DNA from: Trichoplax adhaerens
Taxonomy: Eukaryota; Animalia; Placozoa
Length of the DNA stretch: 64,000 bases
Assembly: GCF_000150275.1 (NCBI RefSeq)
Contig: NW_002060956.1
Span: 1,486,280 to 1,550,279, forward strand
Direction of reading: 5' to 3'
How positions within the stretch are numbered: position 1 is the stretch's first letter; every line of letters begins with the position of its first letter. The position numbers were made by a program, and so were the translations under genes. Shown here in pieces: positions 54,312-64,000 of the stretch. The notes beneath the pieces are model-generated. The model made no database searches, was not told the origin of the DNA, and worked only from the letters and a program-made list of their open reading frames with translations.

Positions 54312-57300
54312 TCAATATCCTGCGCAGATTTATTTTGACAAAGTTAATCGAAGCACCTTTTACAACGTCTAGTAGCTAATAATAAACGATATTGATAAAT
54401 CTCAGACTTAATGGATTAAACCTAAATGGAGTCAATTTTAGTAGAGTTTATTGTGATAGAATAAAAGTAGAAATGATAATGCATAAAATTTGCCACGTCA
54501 TCAGCTTGCATTCAGCTTTCCGTAGCCTACCTTAAGACATACCGCTGAGATATATATAGTAAAGGACTAAGAGTAGAGTCCTTTATAGCGTTTAGTATGT
54601 AACTAGTATTATTTTACGATAGAAAATACCTAGAAAGTGATAGTGTCTTTAAGTTTTACCCTACCAAATCATCATGTCGCCATCTTTTCTTCTTCATTAT
54701 TTTACAAGGCATTATATAGATTACTATAGAAGTAGCCATAGAGCAATTGCCTAATCTAAAGAAAGAGCGTTTGATCGTCAATTCAAATTGTAAATGAATT
54801 TGACTTAGTAACAAAACCCTATCCTTAGAGAAAGGGGATTTATACCATGACGATAAAGTACTGTAATGCAGTCTACAGTATAATCGTACAGTTACCGTAC
54901 AATCTGCGCTAAAACATCAACTGTCAATACTCAGCGATACTAATGTCAGAAAAGTAGTCGTGATAGTCATATCAAATTTTTTGATTAGCGAAATAGCGAT
55001 TACTGTAATCTTTATAAAATCCGGATTTTTTTCGGATTGGGATTCCGGAACCGGCCGGATTTATGTCCGATATAATTTTCCTGTTTTAATTTTTGGATTT
55101 TAGTTATGAAAAATATCGTAATAGTTGATTTTTGAAATTTGAACTTTTTGTTATCAATTTGAAACTTTGGAATTTTATGACGTGACTTGAAAGTCACATT
55201 AGGAAAGTTAGTTTGGAAAATAGAAAATAAGATGGAAATTGGCAGAGGTTGTATTGGTTGTTAAGTAGTTAGACTGTTGTTTTTATGACTAAATCTTGAT
55301 GTTTAAAGGATAATTTTTAGACCTTTATAGTGTATTAATGATAGAAATTATGTTAGAAGTGAAGTTTGATGTATTTTATAGTTAACTTGTTGGTTTTATG
55401 GTATTTTGTAAGGGAATCGTAGGGTAAATTGTGTCTGAACTTTGAATGATTTTTATTTTCTTAAATGGGTGTAAATGGTGCAAAGTAGTTTTCTAAAACG
55501 GATCTTGAGAGCGATTGGTTAGCAAAGGTTTAGTTTTAAACACCTCTGACGGCTCTACGAAGCCTATAAATGATAGTGCAATTAGAAAATTTAGGGGAGA
55601 GAGTAGAAGAAGGTTTTATTTGAAGAACTTGTTGAATTTAAAAGGCCTTCGGAGTCGAATTATCGTAAGTTAAAACGTTCTTCTTTTTGAAAGGTTGTTT
55701 GGTCGTTGACAGTTTTTAAGTCTGTCACTTATTTTATTAATACTTAAAGTTAAGTATTTGTAAGGTTGTTCAGTTTATACTTCTCTCCATTTTTTTTAAT
55801 AAATTATTGTTCGGTTATTTCCCCAAATTTTATTTGGTGTCAAAGTTTCGTTAAGTCGACCGGAGTGCAACGAAAGTAGAATCAAAGTTTGTTAAAGTTT
55901 TGTAGCTTGATCTCTACACTTTTCATTTCATTACATATAGATAACTATGGCTTATAATATTCTTTTAAGCAATTTTATGATTTCTTATTTTATTTATGCT
56001 TTACGTCTAAGAAAAGCTTAATGGTGTAGAAATAGTTGCATGATTAGAAACAACTAAATTACTAATGAACTATAGTAGTAGTCAATTGCTCATGTTAGCT
56101 GAGATTCGTATGGATAGAACTATCCATTTGGAAGCAATCAAATTTGATATTTTCTAATATTCAACTGATAGTTTATCACAATATTAATAGTAAAGACGAG
56201 TACTATACTTATATTTTGTAGTATAATGAAATACGCATAGTTTCTGAAACTTATTTCCTTTTCTGTAATTAATAAATTGTTAAGAAAGTTTTCAAAGTTT
56301 CGACTACAATCTTTCGTTTTTAAGACGGAGGAGATTAACTGGAGATGGTTAAAAATTCAATAGAGTTAAAACGTGTAGTTATTAAAATCTTCCGTTTGCC
56401 TTAATGAATGAGTATGTCACCTTTAGATGAGGAAATAAACTATCTACTTCCAAGTAGAATTTAAGACTATATCGTATCGCTTCAATTCAATTGTTTAGTT
56501 GCAAAAGTTCAGGAGCAAGATATTATTAGGCCGTAAAGAGTAGAAGTTTATTAGTATAACAATGAAATATTAGAATATTTTCCTAACTGATATTTGAGCT
56601 ACGCGTATAAGCGTATATAAATACTTTGAAATAGATACCGAGTCCTTTAATAAACATTCATGCAATAAGCGATGTTACATTTTAGATTTCAGATATTAGT
56701 ATTTATAAACAGATTATATTTAAAGGATTCATTTTCTAGTATATCAAAACCTAAGATTTACTTTCAGAATGGACAGAGTTTAAAAGGGAAGGTAATTTTC
56801 TTCTTGAATTAAATCACTTATAATGTTCTCTCAAGAAAGAACAAGTTATTTCAAATTTTTATGTACTCGATTATATATACTGTGACAGAGCTCGCTCCGA
56901 AATGAATAATATTTTGATCTAATATATGTAATAATGTTATTATGGAGGTTGCCGATCTCGACAACAACCTAGTTGCTAATTGAGTTTTGTTATCTATTAT
57001 CGTAATAATATACAGCGTGGATATGGTGTTAGTAATTAAAATGTCAAGCTGTGAAGATTAATTATGTTAGTTAATAAGGTGCTAATTAATAATATCCATT
57101 AGTGGCAAGTATTAAGTAACACTCGTTATGGTCGGATCTATAGTAAGCCTGTATTGCACATTATATAATTTAATGTGAAAGATTAGCACCGGGATTATTT
57201 GTGGGACACATGAAACTGTATATAAGCTTGATTATTACTAATTAATCTCAGTTCCACTGAGGCTAACGTAGAGTACACTAGTACAAACGTAAACGGGCTA

Positions 57301-60300
57301 GTAATAAAGATATTTATTAACCTAAACCTATCGTTTGACTCGACTACTATAGTGTAGGAATAACTTAGTTTTCCCTTACTGAGGACCTCCGGAGTTAGTC
57401 GGAGAACCATAAGAGTAGATAGACTAGTTTAGGTACGTTCACGAAAGCTGTTTTGTGACAATACTTATTAATATTAGAGGGTCTCTTAAAGCTCTTTTCT
57501 TCTGTCGATTACAATCAATCGTTTTACTAAACCTTCGCTATTAATATCGTACCAAAATTTCACCTTTTATAATTATTCATATTTACTACAAAATAGTAAG
57601 AGCTGGCAACCAGAAATACACTATGTAATTCCTCAACCTAGGGTGATTTATACAATCAATTTTGTTACATAATTTGAAATAGTGGAGCGGTTTGTCTAGG
57701 ACTTACCATGCTGGCCAGATAGCAAAATTAGATATATTAACTTGTCAAATCTTAGACGCGCCCACAATTTAAAGGATTTTGCATCAAAGTTTGTAGTGAT
57801 GCTTCCCATATTTGATTATAATCATAACTGTGTTTGATATATTTAGGCTTTTAAGCGTAGATATTTTGGTGATATCAATATTAGATGATTGCTAACTACT
57901 ATATTAGAAATTATCGATGACTAATATTAGCCAGTTGACTGATTACGGCACAAGATTGATGTGACTAAAAACGCTGTAATTGTGAAAGTACCCAACACTG
58001 AAAGGTACTGGATATTAAAGCATAAATTCTTCATCCTTTGCAATAGTTATAATCAGCGTTTAAAAAGAATGCCGGAGCTTAGCATATTTCGATACTAGAA
58101 ATGAACTAGCGTTGATTCAGCCATTTTGTAACGTATTTACTTCCGTTTAGATACTATTAGCGCTGTATTTTCAGCTGCTTAAATGAAACACTTATGAATA
58201 AAATTGAATTCTTATTGACCAAACTACCCAAGGATTAAAGCAATAAATTGATATATTTAGAAAGACAGCGATAATGAAAGGCCATATTTAGCTAGCTGCT
58301 ATTTCATTAACTTAATTTGTATCGACCAAATTATCCAAGTATTGAATCAATAAAACGAACATATCGAACAAACTGCTGTTTCACTGATAAGTCCATATCT
58401 CACTGTCTCACTGATGTTTCAGTAAGAAATTACTTTTATCCCGAATTTCCATAAAATGTTGAATGTTTCTAGATACAAAAGACATCATACGAATTTATCT
58501 ACTTGCGATGGAAGAACACAGTATAATAAAGTTATTTATCGTTTTGAAACCACACCGCATTAAAAGATACCCTGTCAAGATGTTTTAGTATCGTGAATTT
58601 TACACATGGATGCATAAGGCTAAAGAAGAGGTATTGCACTATTAGATACCAAAATACTACTTAGAGTCTGCAAGTGATTACATTCTTGATCATTTTGAAG
58701 ATGGACATTTATATATATGCGTGCTATGCTGTATTTACGATTTGTGAGACACCAGTCAATTTATGTTCATAGTAAATTTTCGCGTATTATTTTCATAAAA
58801 TACTAGTACAAACTCACGTCGCTTTGCTGACGGTTTACGATAATGTACTTATTTGTTCATAATTAACAAATAGTATTACCATTCGACATTATATCTATCC
58901 CAGTAATAGCCAGGCACTACTATATTCACAGCTATGCTTGTAGAATACTACTTTTCAATAATGCATAGACGGATGAATTGCTATGAAATGCTATATTAAG
59001 ATTAGTTAATGGTCCAAAGTACATTAATGTACGGTGATGGACATACCAAGTTAAGATTAGTAGGTACTGTAAGATATCGACAGTGCGGTATAATGTCCTT
59101 TGTACTGTGATCAATTCTATACCAGTCATTATAATGGGTCTAAGGATCGCTTGCTCTGTCGATAACAACCGTTATAAGAAAATGTAACAATCAAAATGGC
59201 TGTGTAGAAAACTCTATAAAGATTCTATGTTTATTCAATTTTCATCAGAGTATTACATCAAATCAAAATTTTCAGGCGCAGTGGCCACCCTTAGCGATAT
59301 AATGAATAATATTTTAAAAATCAGTACTCTGCAGAAATTACTACATTAGAGCTATTCGTTTTACTTGAAGAAATCTTGAAGTAAAAAGTACTGTAAGAAT
59401 CTTATACTGACCTATTGAAATGAATCCATAATCACAGTCATCTAACAGTAGTATAAATACCCCCGCGCTGCTCGTTAAGGGTGGGTGGATGGGATTTTTG
59501 GTGAAAATAGAGCTAAATCGTTTGATTTCAGTTTTTAGAATTGTTAGTCAAATTGAGATTTAAAAAAAGACAATTATCTTTTTATTAGGAATGTTTTAAC
59601 ACAAAAATAATAACCACAATATAATCTAGTTATTAGAAACCGCTCAACTGCTTACAAAGCTAGTGATTAAACGGAATCAAATTCGGTAGCGGTCATTGAG
59701 ACTGATGTAAAATTACTGTAATGAGTGATTATATATATAAAGTATCACAAGACTAAATAATGTATTGCAAATGACTAACAAATATAAAATTTATTGATAT
59801 ATTTTAGAAAAGGAAATATCTTAATCTGGGCACTTTCATAGAAAAGGATGTCTGCACCTCCTAGGACTAAAATAAATATGAATGTACTTAATTAAGAGCA
59901 AAGTATTGTGTCCCTTTACGAATAATTTTCAGTATCAGTGTGTAAATTATGGAAATAAAAATTAAGGACTTTCATATTTTTATACATATGTTAAACGTGT
60001 TTGATACTGTAAATGAGCTCAAATATGCTTTATTTTGCACAAAAAAAAACTCATTTAATTTTGTGATAAAATTTGTGCTGATGTACTCAGTCAGTTTCTG
60101 CCACAAATTAAATATTTGGACAAGATATATTTTTAAGACTATGGAATTTTTCAAAAACTAATGATAACCAGGAACTGACTTTATCATAGAGTAAGTTTTG
60201 TTGGATATAGATATAGTAAGATTACATAAATCATGCAAGCTAATTTTACGATAATATGGTTAGTTTACTCAGTAACTGCCTATAAACTATATTTATTAGT

Positions 60301-60584
60301 AGACTATCTATCTGCACCCGTTGGTGACAAACGAAAAGCTACTTCTTTCCGACTTATGATTATTAAATCTATTTACAGTAGGTTATAAAATTAAATACAC
60401 CACAGGTTTCGTAGCGTAAAATTTTAAATACCGAATGTCCTTCTCCTCCCATAATAAACAGTAGGAGCTCGCTAGTAACTGCTATTATAGATATCTTGAT
60501 TTATGTAAACTATTACCGGTATTTGTTATAGACAGTTAAAATAACTTCCTGCTAGTCTTAATTCAAAATTTATCAACTTACAAA

Positions 60585-61232
60585 TTACTTGCAAAAATAG
60601 TAATAAATCCCTGAAGCATGATTACAATTATAAGGAGTATTCTTAAAGCAAAGAGTAGCGGTTTTATCGCATTCACAGTTAGCTCGATCACAAGTACCCA
60701 CGGAATCCTCTGTTACATTATAGAAAAAGATAATGGTATTAACGGAAGAGAAGACAAGTCTACGATATAATTGATTTTATAGCTTGTGTAGTTTAATTTC
60801 AAGCGTGGTCTAGTTAAGAAGATACTTTCGTTATAACTTGATTGACTAGGAAGCAATTCAAGGTAAAGAATGAAAGTCATAAAGATTCGAGAAAAATTGA
60901 CTTTTACGTACATATTACTTACTACAAACTATTTCGCCGTTATCGTTTTGATCCCAAGAGTAGTGGTTTACCACTGCCCACTGCGAACCTGTACAGCCTG
61001 TTTTTTCGTAACATTTATCATGATTTTTGCAACAAGTATCTAGTTCATCGACAGGATCAGGATTACTTCCGTAAGGACCAAGACCACACCAGTTACCGTA
61101 TCCAATAAAAGCAATAGGATTACGATCGATAAATGTGTATAGCATCGAGCCAAAGTTGAAAGCGCTTTTATCAATACGTTTACTTTCACTCAGTACTACA
61201 AATGTTGTAATTAAAATAGCAAGAATCTTCAT
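60585..61232 (-). CDS. Secreted phospholipase A2 (group I/II/X-like), 2 exons, intact
   Basis: Exons 61232-60923 and 60709-60585. Signal peptide [17 protein letters not shown], Ca-binding loop YGNWCGLG, catalytic [11 protein letters not shown] (His/Asp), second exon [41 protein letters not shown]. Same phase-1 intron as the paralog. Confidence 0.95.
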
Positions 61233-64000
61233 GATTGTAATGTAATCTTTCTGATCAGATATATGTTGCGATAGTTATTAATTAACGAACTCCTTATATC
61301 ATCTGAATACCGATAGTGACAATGTAAATTGACGTGAGATTGAACGGACTTATAGTTAGTTGTAGTTAATTATAACAAATATTATCACGATATAGTTGAT
61401 TTACAAGTACAGCTTATATAATTTATATGACTCAACGCGGTCAAAAAGTTGTCAGTATCAGTATTTTCTCATCAATTTAAGCCTTTAGTATACTAAATTT
61501 AGTTATTAATTCGGTCATAGCCCAATCAAGATCCTGCTGTTGTAGATAAGCCTGCAGGCTACGGGTAATTATAATTAACATTATTGTTAGTGTTTATTGT
61601 TTCTAGAGCTTTTTGAATCAAGAGAAAATAGCAGAGATAAATAATACGATTATTACTAGTTCGATGGCTTACTAACTATACTATTAAAGTGATTTTATTG
61701 GCAGTAATTAATGTATAGAAGGGATTACCAGTATCTGTTAATACAGGAAATAATCAGATTTCATTAATGTTTTCTAATGTTGAATCGGTCTATTCCTTAA
61801 CAGTCTTTAATCCACTAATTTACTGATCGCAGAGACGAGAAATATACTTTGCTTCTACGCTTTCGTAAAATAGTCGCTTGAACTCATTTCGCTACTATAA
61901 GTAATCAATTGTTATAATATAAGAAATTATAGCTTGTGTATTGTACTAAGAATTCTTGTCTTAAAGGTTAAGAATAGCTTGAGGTCAATAAAATCCGGCG
62001 GGAATTAATCGAGAAAAGAGACTAAACTGTCTTTGTTCGTCTTAATGAATGATACTATCGTATGAGACAAAGTACAGTATAATCTCTATTTACTGTAGTT
62101 TTATCGTTTTTCTTGCGGCAGATACCGTGTATAGTAGTAATTAATAATAACCAGACATGTACTGCAGATCCTTCAATATCCTCAATTTATTTAGTTAAAG
62201 TTAAAAGTTACCGACTAAAAAGATCGAGTCTAATCATTAACTCTACACTAGCTCTGTCTCTAACTTAGCTTGTACAGCCTTAAATGATGCCAATTTTATG
62301 CATTCATATTCTAGTATAGATTACTAATTTAAGACACTATATAAAGAACTACAGTATATATGTAAATCATGACAATTAATACTAAGGTTAGTCATTACTT
62401 CAGAAATAATACCATACATGAACATAACCCGTGTAAGACTCACTAATATGTAAATTTTAATATTAATATTGTGGCAGAGTAACGATCTCAACTGATATTT
62501 AATAACTATAAATTAAGGAGGCAAAGAATGTTATTACAGTATTTACACTCGCGATATACGTCTGTATCTATCGTAATTTCTCTCGTTTTAGGCTTGATTG
62601 GTTATTATAAGTTGATTGTATCGATATTCTAAAGTTAAAACTATTTTAGCTATGAATAATGGAGCAAGTAATCTTAATTTTAAAGCATATCTAAACCATA
62701 TAATTCAAGTCTAGGAGTAGAACGAGCCTTACTATAAAAAAGTTTAATTATAGTAATGTTACTTAACACACCAGAACATTCGATAAATTTTAAAATTTTC
62801 GTTATACTTTACTGTAGCCTAAGCACTAAAATTCGAATAAAATCGACAGTGAACTGCGAGAATAGTACATGAAGAGGAAAGAGAGACTGATGATAAAAAG
62901 ATACAGGCAACTTTTCAAGAGAATATAAACGAGCATTTTTATCACGATGAAACAAGTGTTGATTAAAGATAGTGACGATACTAAAGTATTATTAGAGGGT
63001 TTAATTACTTAACCCTAATTAAGGTTTCTGTATTATTTAGCGACCAGTAAGATTACTAAATTACGCTTGCATAGACATTGATGTATTATTCTATATTGGC
63101 AATTATTACGTTATATTGATCGGTAATATCATTAGTAATGTAAATATTGATGTTTTGCAATACTAATGATTGACTGCTTTTTAACAATATTGTAAGATAC
63201 GAAGTCATGCATTTTCGTTGCATTTCAAATAGCTGAGTTATTATTAGAGAATAAATGTCTTGTAGCTGAATAGTATATAACATATATATATATATACGGT
63301 AGCTCTCTAAATGAAATTGTAATGATATGTTGATTTCGAAATCTATTTACTTAACGATCGAGGAATGCAGACTTACTTAATTGGATTAATGTAATTCAAA
63401 TAGTGTCAAGATGGATCCATTGATAAGTTATCGAATGGAAAATACAGAAGTAGAAAGCGCTTATCATGAACATGGAAGACGCAGTTTAAGAGCCTTTTAC
63501 TCAGATTCCTTTTATTTTTCTAATTGCTAAATGACAGTTCAGAATTGAGCTACTGATACAATCAGAACTACAAATTTTTACCTATTTTGAGGAGTAGTTT
63601 ATTTTTAGGTGTAAAAAGTGATAATTCATGTCTAACAATGTATAAAATATTTGCTAATTGTTCAATAAAGGAGTACTATAACCCAGTTTTACAATTATAA
63701 GATCATGATTATCCGATATATTTCTGTTTAGGTGTATGGATTGCCTTGATATTAGGAAATGATTTCGCTTCTTTCTCTCTAAAATAGAAGAGTAATCGTA
63801 AGGATGTACGTAGAACTGTTATAAGCTAGTGTAGATTTTATTTCTATCCTTAAAATAATTATAAATGTTGCTTCATTAATCAAAATGATTATTGGATAAT
63901 TGAAAACTATATTAGATTAAATTATATGAAATTTAAGCTAAACTAGATCCTTACAGAGCTTAACAGAACAATTTGTAAGATAGAGGAGCGTAGTCGCAGT

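Noticed and set aside
63490-63510. gccttttact matching U5 snRNA loop I
   Set aside because: The flanks do not form the U5 stem, and the rest of the U5 architecture is absent.

Overview
AT-rich, intron-dense animal genomic DNA with short GT-AG introns and one 50-N gap. Gene content and composition suggest a placozoan such as Trichoplax, but this is an inference. The left 27 kb holds four conserved multi-exon genes. AP4E1 (-) runs off the left edge. Head-to-head with it is a 4-exon Rdx-family selenoprotein gene (+), missed by the ORF track: a MIEN1/SelW2-type protein with CxxU, an in-frame TGA, a C-terminal CaaX box and a well-formed 3'UTR SECIS. KAT5/Tip60 (+) and IQCE (+) follow. The right 37 kb is gene-poor. 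It holds two intronless LGR/RXFP-like 7TM receptors without ectodomains and two 2-exon secreted phospholipase A2 paralogs, one with a 1-nt frameshift just after the signal peptide. It also holds tandem duplications and a two-variant minisatellite. Notable non-coding structure: a ~300-bp foldback between AP4E1 and the selenoprotein gene, and a dense ACTGT/ACAGT array flanked by two hairpin-rich GC islands upstream of KAT5. Exon boundaries were read by eye and may be off by a few bases.
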